A DNA stretch of 63,997 nucleotides, counting the filler, from Streblomastix strix (lineage: Eukaryota), in the NCBI GenBank assembly GCA_008636045.1. It is 3 parts of 3 records of this genome, joined end to end, with 100 filler letters (N's around TTAATTAATTAA, not from the genome) between each part and the next. Parts side by side here need not be neighbours in the genome. Positions count along the whole stretch, not along the records: positions 1 to 22,253 come from SNRW01000331.1; positions 22,354 to 44,569 come from SNRW01000332.1; 1 more part is not named here. One strand, given 5' to 3'. Made by a program: the position numbers and the translations under genes. Shown piece by piece: positions 14,350-29,673 of this stretch. The notes below the pieces were generated by a model. The model ran no database searches and was not told where the DNA came from. It saw only the letters and a program-made list of their open reading frames with translations. The first letter of the stretch is position 1. Every line of letters begins with the position of its first letter.

Positions 14350-17300
14350 ATGTCTAAGTTAACAAATCCACAAATTTTTAAATTAATGGCTATTGTTCGA
14401 CTAATCAATGAATCAGAGAAATATGGTTCATTATATACTGAATTAGTAACTAAATTAAAGGATTTAAATTATACAGGGAGTAGAACAAACTTTAATAATG
14501 TACAACAATTTCTTGAGTAATAATTAGGATATCATATCAATAACTTATGTAAGAAAATGATGTCAATTAATCAGATTTCATAGATAAGTTGTATGATAGA
14601 TAACATTAACTCTTCATTAATGAATTTGATGTTGATAGGATATATAATGATAGAATTAATAAAGCAAAATAGTGATTAAGAATATATGATAATATAGATT
14701 AATACAAAATTAAACGGTTTGATTTTGATAGAATATATAAAGAAAGAACTAATAAAATTAAACATAGATTAGATGCTTATGATAATATAGATTAATTCAA
14801 AGTTAAACAGTTTGATGTTGATAGAATATATAAAGATAAAATCAATAAACTTAAACATAATCTCAATCAATAATTGATGTAAAATAAAGATAATTAATCC
14901 ATTTCATTTTCAGCAAATGATAATTTAAAAAGAATGAATAAATTATCATAAATAACATTACAATTATGTGATGTTGATAGTGAAGAGGAAGCAATTAAAG
15001 CAATAAAAAGAGTAAATTAATTTAAAAATAATGAAGCAATTGCTGAAGCTGTTTATGATGAAATTACTTATAAACTTCATTACTTTAATAAACTGATTCA
15101 GTAAGAGCAACTTTCTTAATTTGCAGATAAAGTATATGAATCATTCAAAGGACATCCACTTAAAGTTCAAATTGATTTTGGAGTTCTAATATAACGAAAC
15201 TTGATGGTAATAATTATGAATATTCTTGTAGAATTCCTTCATTAAATAATGTTTTCAAACATAAATAATCAACAATAACTGACAAAAAATCACTAGAATA
15301 ATTCAAAGTAAATACGTTTAAATAGTTAAGAAAATTAATGGAACGGATATATGAAGACACTAGAAATCTGATAGTTGGAATATTTAATGTAATATTCGCT
15401 TCTTATAAATTAATAGATACTGGAGCAAATATTCCATATCTTAATAAACATATTAAATAGCATTCAGTTCATTATATAGATTCAGATTATAAAATAAGTT
15501 TCTTTATAGCACTATCCTGTAGAATAAGAAGTTAAATTGACAAAATGGTTGACCATCATTAAGTAATAACTTTTGCTAAACAATTATTCGCATACTTCTA
15601 TAAAATTAAAGGTAAATATTAACTGTTTGAGTACTTATATAATAATGCAGTTAAGAAAGATTAATCACTTAACAAATATTTAATTGATTATAAAGGATTC
15701 AATATCTCGACAGAAATGACTAAATTTACTGATATGTTCAATCTTGTTGTTAATATATACACTTATCATGAAGAATTAAAAGGAACAACAGGTCAGTATA
15801 GACCATTTAATTCATATGGTTAACTTAATAATGAATCAATGGCTTTAGACTTATTACTCATTAGTGATGGAAGTAAATAGCATATATTGTATGTATCTAA
15901 TGTATAAAAGCTAACCGATGTTTTTATTTGCCCTTACTGCCATGATTATGTCACAATATTATCAGACACTAACAAAAGAGCTAATGAATATTTCAATACT
16001 CATGTAGAAAAATGTAAATCATCAACTCATGAACCATCAATCTTATTACATGATGTTCCAATGCCAATATATCCCGCTATATTAAATCACCCTACTGTAG
16101 AATATTTAATGGCTGAGGGACTAATGGATCAATTTAAAGAATAGCGAGGATTCATAGCAAATGACTTTGAAACATTAAGAGATCAAGTTATGAAGAATAT
16201 AACGGATCAAACAACATTACTCTCATAATTATATAAATTATCAAATGCATCAGCGGAAGTGTATCCAAATAGAGACAAATCATATGAATTAGTTAAGAGA
16301 TGTTATATATTATTCGATGAATTATCTGAGAATTATTAAGAGTAATTAGAAAATTATGGACTACCATCCAATTCATCATTTGATCATCTATGGCTCGCAT
16401 AAACTTTCGAATCAGCAGAATAGATATATTGGTGTGTGAAGTTTGATGATGAAAATATTCCTTTTGACAGATGTGTTAAAGTACTGGGATGGAATAGTTC
16501 AAGATTTGATATTGATCTATTATGGGATGCATTAGATTGTGAACTTTGGCCAATGGGTGTACCTATTGGTGATCTCAATAATACTAAATCAATTACAGTA
16601 ACACACAAGATGTCACACATGAAATTGCAATTCATTGATGCTGAGAATCTATTTGGACCAATGACATTAAAAGCTTATGTTAAAGTGTATGGAGATAAAT
16701 CTGAACATAAAGATGTATTTCCTTATGAAATTATTAACTCAAAGAATTGGAAGGAAGTATTAGTGAAAACAGAACCATTTGAATATGAAGATTTCAAATC
16801 ATAACTAAAAGTACGTTATTCTATCACTAAAGATGAGTATGATTAATATTTGATTGACTTTAAGAGATTCACCAACAGATTAGAATACCTCAAATATTAT
16901 AACATTAACGACACGGAGATTATGGTTTAACCATTAATGAATTTGTTTGATACATTTGAATAATTCAATATTGATGTTTTACGCTATATTTCAATTGCTT
17001 CATATGCACATACAACGAAATACTATTCAACATACTTTCCATCTCAATTTAATCCAGAAAGTGATAAACCCGTAGGGTCTGGCAGAAATGCTAAACAATA
17101 ATACTATGAAGATTTTGATATAAACGCTGACTATTCCAATCCAAATCCTGAAGCGAAACCTTTTGTACTAACTAAATGGCATTGGAAAAATAAATGTTAT
17201 CACTATAAATAATAAGATTATAAAACAGGCAGAGAAACAGAGAAAAATGTAACAGCTGATGACTATAATTACTATAAAATTATTTGAAACATCAGTATAT

Positions 17301-19032
17301 TCCATTTTTAGTGCAAAATTTACTTATGATAACCCTACGAGTTTAGATAGATAAGACAATGAACTTCCTCATACTAAAATAATTTTTTACCTGCATGTGT
17401 TTCATGTTATATTGCGCATGCAAATAGAAATCCAAATATAACTTCATTACTTATCAAGATGTGATAGTATGCAATTAAGAACAACCTACTTATGACAATA
17501 AGTGATGAAAGAATATATAAATTACTTCGAGAATATATAACAGGCGGTCTTGCTGCAGTATTTCATAGAGAGAATATTGCAGGTAAAACTCGCATAAATG
17601 AATTAACTTATGATGAGAAATAAAACAAAGTGATCTCATATGATAATGAAAATGTCACTACTCATGTATTTGCTCTTGATGGTAATAGTCTATATCCCAG
17701 TTCATATTCATCAGTCAAAAATGAAAATATCCCTTACACTGATCATAGAATATATATGGCAGGCAGATCAAGATTTTATTCAGAAAAACCATATGTAAAA
17801 AAAAACTGTATAGATTAGCGATAGGATATATTTGTGGCAAAAGTCAAAGGCTACTTTCCTAAATCAGAGTACAATAACTTACTTCCATTACCCCCAATCT
17901 TTAGAAACATTGAGATAGAAAACAAAAAAGAGGCCATAGGTGAATGTATGTATTCATAAGCACAAAAAAACTCACTACGGATGACTAAAAAAGATAGAAA
18001 ACTTACAACATTACTCGACACTAATGGTTAATTTATGGCATTCAATAACTACTATATTTTGCTTCTTATTGATCTTGGTTTCAACATTACTGACTATAAA
18101 GCTATAGCGGTCTTTGAGAAAAAGGGACATATGAGCCTTTCGTTAGGACGATGATGAACTTAAGAATTTAAGCTATATTAGCAGGATCATCTAAAAAAAA
18201 ATTCTATAAATTAATAATTAACGCATTATGTGGATATGATACACTAAATACAGAGAAATTTGGTAAGATAAAGATGTTAGATTAAGCTGATACTTTCATT
18301 GCATAACATCATCCTAATCACATTGGTACTAGACAGATTAGTGCTAATACATTTGCAGTATAAATTAAACCAAAAACAGCTACTTTTTTTACATCACTTT
18401 AATTAGGAGTTTTTACCTTAGATAATGCGAAATATTGGTATCTCAATTATATATGTAATTTCATGTATAAATGTCTAGACCGTAAACGATTTCATTTTGT
18501 TCTTGCAAATACTGATTCAATTTATATAGCTATAGCTGATGATCCAGCTAAAGACTGTCATTAATAATTTGAAGCTATAGTAACAGATAAACAGTTCTAT
18601 TACTAACATGTAAACTAGTATTTTCTTGATTCTAATAAAGGAATCTATGACTACAAAAGGATACTTGGATTTGGTATTGAAAATAAAGGATATGAACTAA
18701 CATCATTAGGACCTAAGTGCTATTCAATGATTGTACACAAATGGAGCAATGAAAAATAGCAATATGAATTTAAACCAAAAATAACATTTAAAGGTATTAG
18801 TTATTCAAAGTAGATATCTCAAAATGATTATGTCAATGTAAGTAATAAAGATATAGTGAAAAAAAGTATTAATGGAACATTAAAAATGTACGATAATGTT
18901 ATGAGTAGTATTCAAGTAGAAAAATATGCACTAACTGAATTCAATAATAAATCAATAGTACTTAGGAATTATTGTTGTTGTCCATATAATTAAGGATTGA
19001 CAGCAAAGGATTATATTATAAAAGATTAATGA
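14350..19032 (+). pseudogene. Family B DNA polymerase (protein-primed, Polinton type) with frameshifts and in-frame TGAs
   Basis: CPYC..H..C zinc finger (~15930-16015); ExoI NDFET (~16160); GWNSSRFDI; RENIAG..VFALDGNSLYPSS (~17670); YKLIINALCGYD (~18210); VLANTDS (~18500); LGPKCY; FKGIS; TGA at 19030-19032. Confidence 0.9.
14625..14860 (+). repeat. 93-nt (31-aa) tandem repeat, ~2.5 copies, in the PolB N-terminal region
   Basis: TTTGAT(G/T)TTGATAG starts at 14625, 14718 and 14811; FD(V/F)DRIY...NK.K..L..YDNIDQ. Confidence 0.85.
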
Positions 19033-19061
19033 ATTATTTTTATTTTTTATTTTAATCTAAA

Positions 19062-19460
19062 ATGCAAACCATAAAACAATATCTAACTCAAATTGATATT
19101 AACAATAAAAAGATTGAGGAATTAATGAAAACAAAATCGAAACTATAATAACTTGATAATTAAATGAATTAATGTAAATAGAAAACGAATTCAAAACCAA
19201 ATCTTATTAGTAATCAAATAGATGATCCCTTCGGTGACATCAAAGATGATAACTTTTAAGCCGAAATCAAAGATTCTGCAATTGATTCTTTCATTGATAT
19301 GAGAAGAATACTTAAAAATAGTATATAAAATAAAATACATTGGATTAATTGTAATAATACTAGCTATAACAGGCTACATAACGCTTTAATACAATATGAT
19401 GAAATTAGATATAATTATTAGAAATAATTAGAATATCTACTTGACAATATAGATGATTGA
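19062..19460 (+). CDS. Hypothetical 132-aa element protein
   Basis: ATG to TGA open under TAR=Gln: MQTIKQYLTQIDINNKKIEELMK...LLDNIDD. Confidence 0.6.
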
Positions 19461-19484
19461 TTCGTTTTATTTTTCTAAATCAAA

Positions 19485-19628
19485 ATGACTCTCTTTGAAC
19501 CAATTACTGCAAATATAACCATTGCAATTGAAGCTCTTGAATAGCTCCATATTGATTGGCATGCTATTTGGAAAGCAATCTTTGAAGCAGGAATAAAGTT
19601 CGCTTGCGAATCGAAATTGTGCAAATGA
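19485..19628 (+). CDS. Small 47-aa element ORF
   Basis: MTLFEPITANITIAIEALEQLHIDWHAIWKAIFEAGIKFACESKLCK-TGA, with the same T-rich leader as its neighbours. Confidence 0.45.
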
Positions 19629-19674
19629 ATAATTGAGTAAACTAGACATTATATTTATTTTTTCCTTGATGAAA

Positions 19675-20268
19675 ATGTCGGAATCAGAAACAGAAACAGA
19701 ATTCGTTATTCTTAAAGCTAATAGTGAATTTGAAATCTCAGTACTTGAGACATGGATTATACGTAGAAAAGAGGATGGATTTATTCCTAAATTCGGTAAG
19801 AATAAGTGTAGGTATTTGCGTGGAAATGTTGGTAGGTAAATGTGTGATCTTCATAAAACTATTGCAGAACAATTCGTTGAAAATGATGATCCGATTAATA
19901 AGACATTAGTTGATCATAAGGATTAAAATAAGTTAAATAACAGTTTAAGCAATTTAAGGTATGTATCGGCAAATGATAATTGTAAAAATAAAACGAAACA
20001 TAATAAAGATATAATTTAAGAATATGTTGATGAAGTTCCTGATGACGCTATTACCATTAATGATTATGAATTAAATACGTTTCAATTTTATTACTTTAGT
20101 GAAAAAACAGACAAATTTTATTACTATAACGGCTTAAAATATAGAGTATTACCCATCAACGAGAAAAAACTAAATGAATCATTATTTGTTTATACTTATG
20201 ATTCAAATAATGATAAAATAAAAATATATATTAATAAATTCAAAAGATTGTATATCATAATTAATTGA
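19675..20268 (+). CDS. HNH (HNH_3/I-HmuI-like) endonuclease, 197 aa
   Basis: LHKTIAEQFVENDDPINKTLVDHKDQNKLNNSLSNLRYVSANDNCKN; frame open to TGA (alternative ATG at 19669). Confidence 0.85.
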
Positions 20269-20339
20269 AATTATATAAAATAATAATTGAGGAAACTAGA
20301 TATTATTATTTTTTTATTATTTTATTATTCAGATTGTAA

Positions 20340-20696
20340 ATGACATAGACAGAAACTCAGACATAACCCATTAGACTAAAATCACGTGCTGATTAGAGAT
20401 ATAGTCGTTTTATTAATGAACAACTTAAATATGAGTTTGTATATCAACTCCTTGATGATGCTTTTCGTATTGAAAATTATGATAATAATCGTGGTTATTA
20501 TGAGTTTTAGCGTTATTATTATTATAGTTACCAAACAGATAAATTTTACACACGTAATGCTACTGATTATATGATATTACATATTAATGTTTAAAAGAAA
20601 ACAGGAGCATAAATTGTTAATTTGAATGATACAGATGATCATAGAGTAGTTATAAATATTAATAAATTCAAAAGATAACACAATTTAATGAATTGA
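20340..20696 (+). CDS. 118-aa paralog of the HNH protein C-terminal domain, lacking the nuclease core
   Basis: EFVYQLLDDAFRIENYD..YYYYSYQTDKFY..INKFKR aligns with EYVDEVPDDAITINDYE..YYFSEKTDKFY..INKFKR. Confidence 0.75.
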
Positions 20697-20753
20697 AACC
20701 GAAGGTTTGAGTTTCACTAAAACGTTTATTTTTGCTTCTTTACAATAAATTTA

Positions 20754-22253
20754 ATGGCACTAAGACAGTAATAACAACTTGATCAATAAAAAAATATAGA
20801 TTCTTATACACTAGCTTATAATTATTTGTACGATTTTAGTAGTACAGATAACACTATATTAACAAAGGGATAGATGAAAAAATTATTGGATAAAGATTCA
20901 GATAAAAGAGGTTTTGAAGTTGGATATTATTATACTAGTTACTTAACAACTGATGATTATACTAAATTGTGGAATAAATATAAGAGTTGGACTGAGGATG
21001 AAAATCCGGACTTGTATAAATTTATTATTGCATAGGAGTAAACTGATTAATAAATTGGTTAAGCAAGATATGAAACAATTAAAGAAAAACATTAGTCAGA
21101 ATCAATATTCAAATCAACATAACCGTAAATTTAAATATATTAGCCTATTAGAATTAATTATCCATTATTGAATACTCTGACTATTTAACCTTTGAATCCA
21201 AAAGTTAAAAGAACAAATCTAGTCAATTACTTCTGTGAATGAACTTAATAAACTAAAGTAGTAGGTAATAGATATAGTTACTGAATAAGAGTAATTCGAT
21301 TTAGATATTGATATAGATCCAAACACAAAAATAAATGCAATGCTTTAATAAGAAAACATTAATACAAAATAGTCATTTTATAACAGTATTCTGAATCATA
21401 AGTTCAATAAAAATAGTTCAAAGTATTGGATTAAATAGCATAAACTGTTAATTTTGTTGAATAATCTCTTAGCTAATGGTATGACTAATACATCTTGTAG
21501 TATACTGAGAGATATCCATAGAAAATGTACTTCCTTCAGAAAGCCAGCAAAGCTGACTCTTTAGAGCAGCGACAAAGTCGATATGCTTAACATAAGCCAA
21601 AGAAATCAAAAAAGTTAGCAAAAGATGATTTATACTAAGAGATAACATAAAAAACAATTCCATTTCTAATCAAAGTATGATGATATTCGTAAAGCTAACT
21701 ACTATGATATTACAACACACAAAACTAAGAACTAATTTGATATTTATCCTTAGACTAATACCCTAGAACCTCATGACTATTAACTAAAACCTCAAGTGAA
21801 ATTTGAAAGACCATACTTCTCACCCAACTATAACTCTTGAGAAATTGACTAGGTATTCATAATGAAAAAGAATGCTGAAATTAAACAATATCTATTCGCT
21901 ATTAATTTAAGCACAAAATATCTAGTAGAGATCCCAGTGAAATCCAAATAATAAATTCCAATCCTTGATGCTCTAACATAGCTCATATCACTTGTTTAGA
22001 TTGATGATATCAGAGGAGATGGTGAGAAATCTTATGCTTCAAAATTACTAAATGATTTCTATAAAGAAAACAAGATAAATACATTCTTCACAGGTAACAA
22101 ATTTACTAATCATAATAGAGTAATTGACAGAGAAATTCGAACAATAAGAAACGCATTTGGCAATAACATTTATGAACTTGCTAATGAATAACTGATGTAA
22201 TAAACTGTTGATTTATATAATCATACACTATATATTGCTTACGAAAATAAGTA
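20754..22253 (+). pseudogene. Retroviral-type (rve/DDE) integrase with long N-terminal extension, degenerate and truncated
   Basis: RPYFSPNYNS*EIDQVF..YLFAINLSTKYLVEIPVKSK..IRGDGEKSY..NHNRVIDREIRTIR..TVDLYNHT; frameshift near 21200 and TGA at 21838. Confidence 0.8.
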
Positions 22254-22353
22254 NNNNNNNNNNNNNNNNNNNNNNNNNNNNNNNNNNNNNNNNNNNNTTA
22301 ATTAATTAANNNNNNNNNNNNNNNNNNNNNNNNNNNNNNNNNNNNNNNNNNNN
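22254..22353. other. Artificial contig-joining spacer
   Basis: 44 N + TTAATTAATTAA + 44 N. Confidence 0.97.
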
Positions 22354-22460
22354 CTGGGGGGTTAGTTCAGAATCACGTATTTTCAAAATCAAAAGCTACA
22401 ACTGTGCATTTAGCGCGGGTAGATTGATTTGAAAATGAATGATTTTGAACTTCCCCCCAA
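22354..22460. mobile_element. ~105-bp foldback, MITE-like
   Basis: TGGGGGGTTAGTTCAGAATCACGTATTTTCAAAATCAA is an imperfect reverse complement of TTGATTTGAAAATGAATGATTTTGAACTTCCCCCCA. Confidence 0.7.
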
Positions 22461-22557
22461 CTTCGTCATACTATACTACTTATATTTATTATCAATGATT
22501 TGCTTTAGAATATTAAGCCATGGTGTTATCGATCAATCGAAATTCATTATTAGTATA

Positions 22558-23543
22558 TCAATACCATAATAACGATGAATATGGAAATTATCCTTTATCT
22601 CTTATTGATTTATCCATTTTAATTTTCTCTTTCCATTCATCATTAAGTTTAACAATTTTATCCCTGATTTCCTAAAATTTTTCGTTAAGTTATCCTAATA
22701 GTTCTTCTAAATTTATATCCAATTATTCTTTAAGATATTTATTTAATTAACTTAGACTAATCTTATTTGGATCTATTAATTTTTTTTATTTTTTATCATT
22801 TTTATCTTCAGACAATCTAGCATTTGATGAACTTGCTTATCCATAAATTTTATTTTCATCTTATCTATTAATTGCTGAACTTACTTATTCATCAATTTTA
22901 TGTTAAGCTTATTTATCATTTGCTGAACTTACTTATTTATCGATGTATATCATTTCCTTGTTTTAATTATCTTTATTTATTCTTTACTATTAAGATATTT
23001 ATGATTCAATAGAAGATTTTGAATATTTTGAATTTAATGAAGAAGATTTTTTTGAAGATGATGATAAAGAAGATTTTTTTGAAGATGATGATAAAGAAGA
23101 TTTTTTTGAAAATGATGAAGAATATTTTTTTGAAGATGATGATGATGATGATGATGAATATGAATCTTTTTCATTGCAATCTTTCTCGTTATTTTCTTTT
23201 TATTTCTTCTTATTTTTATCATTTTTAGATCTTTTATGGTTTTTTTAATGCTTTTTAGAATGTTCATTCTAATGTTTATGTTTTTTATCTTATTTTGAAT
23301 CATTTGGTGATGATGCAGTTGTTGAAGATTACGAAGTTGATTAAGAAGATGATTTTTTTGATGAAGATGAAGAAGTAGAATCTGTTTCATCATCTTAATC
23401 TTTGTTTTTATTTTCTTTTTATTTCTTCTACTTTTATTTTTTTTTATTCTTTTAAGAATAATGTTTAGAATGTTTATTATTATTCTTACGTTTTTTATGT
23501 TATTATGCTTCACTTGATGATTAAGATAATGATGATGATGAAG

Positions 23544-23617
<74 letters not shown>

Positions 23618-25483
23618 GGATTTGTTTCAATATTTTTATTCTATTATATAATTAAATTTAGACTTAATAATTCTTTGTGTACTTTAATTGATTGCTATTC
23701 TCTATTATGCAATTATTATAATTATTAATTTTTCTTTATTAATTATTATGCGCCATTTAATGTATAAAGGAATTATCTTTCATGAAATATTGGTTATTCA
23801 TTTATTATGTCTCGGATTTGTGTTATTTCACCATTCTACTTATTGTATTATATCCCATCTATCATTTAAGGTCCGGCTTAATGTTACGTTTCGGTAATAA
23901 TTGGTTTCCCAGTATAAATTTGATATATTAATCCATCTAATATAAAAAATTATGCACAAGTTTAAGGGTCTTCCTTAATATCCAAAATATGTACTAAACT
24001 TTAATCTAAGGAATAATTATTTTCAAACATTCTCATTTATTATTCATTATAATTATTTGATAATTGTTATACTCCTACTGATGAATATAATATTGGGCAC
24101 ACTTGAGATTATCTATCTTCATGGGTTTACTTTATTACACCATTATCACATTCAAATTAGCATATCAAATAATTTTAATCTAATATTTTTCCTGTACCTT
24201 TATAATTTCTTTAATTAATTTATTAACCATTATTTAACTCAACTATTACTTAATTTACAGCAAAAAGAATATTTTTAGTATCATCAATTACATAAAATTG
24301 GATTCCAATATTATCATCTTATACTTAAACTTATTATTAATCTATAATATTATTATTATCATCAACATTTCCTTATATTTATTCATTTCCTTATCCTTAT
24401 TGATTTTATTATATTTATATTTATTCAAATTCATCTTTTTATATTTATTATTTCTTTTAATCTTAATTTTATTCTTTTTCATTCTCTTATAATATTCCTT
24501 AATTATTATTATCATTTCTTTATTCTTATCCTTTTTCGTATTATTAATTTTAACTAATATTTATATTATCTTCATTATTTAATTGAATTGGTTGTTAAAT
24601 CGGTTGAATCTGAACTAATTAAGATGATGTTGAAGATGAATGAACCAATTAAGTACTTAATTAATCTAAATCTTGTTATTCAGGATAAAAATTGGATTAT
24701 TAATTTACTTAATTTTCATTCATTTCTTATTTTCTACTATTTTTTTACTGTCTTTCTTCATTTGAAACAATATTATTATCAAAAGTAATATTATGAATGT
24801 GATTTATACCATTTCTTTATTATTTACCATCTGATTCAGAATATGAATATGATGGCCGATTGAGATTATTATAATCATCTTATAAAAGTTGTTGAGCTTG
24901 TTAGATGCTTTTTGAATTTTACCCTTAATACAGAATATTAAAATTATAATTAATAGTATAATAAAATATATAATAAGATTATAAATAAAAATATATTTTT
25001 AAAACAATTATATTATATTGTTATACCAGAGGTTTCGAAGGTGGAAGCCGATATTTATCTTTCAATTTCTTGTTCGCCACCATTTTCTGTTATGGTACAG
25101 GTTGAAACTTATAATTTGTTGGGAAAATCGAGCAATTCATCCTTTATGCAGGTTTACTATCGATTATTAATATCTGCAGGTTTGGAATCTACATCAATAA
25201 CATTTAAAGCAAGTTAAATCAATTCATCAATGATTCGCACAGAAAAGTCTATACATATAATTAAATACATCAAAAGAAATAAGTAAATAAATGAATTATT
25301 ATTCAATATCAATAAAAATATGTCCATACTTCTAATCGTTTCTTTGGGAACAGACGGTTCTTCATTGTTTGCCAGATTCGTCGTATCATGAGATTCATTT
25401 GAAATGTATGCACAAGAATTGTTTTACTCACTACTACATGACTCAGATTTTTGAATAATATGATCACCAGACTTCTTGGACAT
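22558..25483 (-). CDS. Hypothetical low-complexity Q/S/K-rich protein, 3 exons
   Basis: ATG 25483 MSKKSGDHIIQKSES; introns ~25249-25329 and ~24924-25026 keep the frame; ends KGQFPYSSLLWY-TGA. Confidence 0.65.
23545..23616 (-). repeat. (TAA)n microsatellite encoding polyGln
   Basis: In frame: ETNP-(TAA)n-SSSSL. Confidence 0.85.
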
Positions 25484-26175
25484 TGAAAACCAAGAATGTG
25501 GTAAAATGAATAAATGGGATAAGAACGAATCTCTATTAAATATTTAAAACTTAATTTTTATTATTTAATTTATTCTTATTAATAAATTATTTAAATAATC
25601 GAATTTAATATCTTATTTCAGAAATATTAGAAAGAATATAAAAACCTCGGTTCTTAAATATCTAAAATTAGTAAATATTCTTCTTCTTTACTCTATTAAA
25701 TAGAAGACATTTGAGCTAAACACACAGATGACATCAGCTGTTCACCAACTTCACATAAACAGAATAATTTATTTTGGAATACTTTGTTTAATTTCTATTA
25801 TTAATTTATTTATTTTCCGAATTTTTGATTGAATAAGTAGATCGAAATAGGAAAAGATTATCTCACAGCCATGGGAGGCACATCATATGATATTCTTGAG
25901 ATTCCTGAAGTTACAGAAATTATTTGGAATAAAAATGATGTTGGATTTGAAGTGAAAAACACTTATTACAGCAAACTTCCAATAATTTTACATTGCTAAT
26001 ATTGAATACAAATCATTGATAAGTTTGAATGCAATGCTTGAATAATAATTAATAGTTTAATTTTGCACTTCATTTTTTTTTAAAAGTATTTTAATTCATT
26101 CAATAAACATTATTGGTAGTTCAATTAATTATCATTACTAAAAATATTATTATAATCACCTGTTTATTAAAAATA

Positions 26176-28815
<2,640 letters not shown>

Positions 28816-29673
28816 ATTATAAATCAATTCTCTGCAAAAATTGTTGAATATTAAAAAAGTCAAAATATATTGATTAAATCAGAAGTCAAAATTAATTAAA
28901 ATATATGAAGTGCAATGAAAAATACGAATAAATATTTTTTTAAAATTTATAAGATAAAAATTGCCGTATATAGAATTAAATGAATATATAATAATTAAAT
29001 TAAATAATTATTTGATAATAATCCAATTTAAAGATTATATTTCAATAAATAAACTCTTAAGCATTAAATATCAAAGGATTTTATAGTAATTTTTTCTTAT
29101 GTGTAACAGATTGGTTAGTAATAAGAATTTTAATAAACAAAGCCTATATTTTTGTGACATAATTCATTTATTGCAAAATACTAAGGAGCAAAATGATAAT
29201 TACACACAGATCTTGTTTTATTAAACTTATAATTTTTTATTTCCAGACTTTCGTTCTTGAAGTAGATTTATTATTAATAGTTATAATTTAAATTTATTAG
29301 ATTTAATTTTATTAATCAATATTCATACAGAACTTGTAGATTAACACTCAAATGATGAAAATATTTATTTATTAAGAAAATTTTTTAGTTTATTGGAAAC
29401 AAGTTGGTTGTTTGATCTTAAAGGAAAAACATCACAACTAATCTATATAAACATTTATATACTTGCAAAATGAACCATTTCAATTCCAAGTTCAAACATA
29501 TCATCTGCTGATTATCTCTAAAAACAGAAATTTATTTTTATTTGTTATTTTACGTCATATACCTACGATATGTTTGAATATATTAGTAATATATTTTAAA
29601 ATTATTCTCCAATTCATAATAAATTTTTAAACAATATATTACTTTTATTCTATAATTAAAGCTAGAAACACTC

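Larger units (their letters stand above)
14350..22253 (+). mobile_element. Decayed Polinton/Maverick-like element, truncated by the contig end
   Basis: Compact, intronless, same-strand cassette: protein-primed-type PolB, two small ORFs, HNH endonuclease, HNH C-terminal paralog, DDE integrase. No TIR, capsid or packaging ATPase seen. Confidence 0.85.

Noticed and set aside
22254..22353. TTAATTAATTAA palindrome within N runs (also 44570-44669)
   Set aside because: Identical synthetic spacer used to concatenate contigs; adjacency across it carries no biological meaning
25620..26005. Plus-strand coding fragment (AMGGTSYDILEIPEVTEIIW)
   Set aside because: Short, interrupted by TGA, no recognisable family
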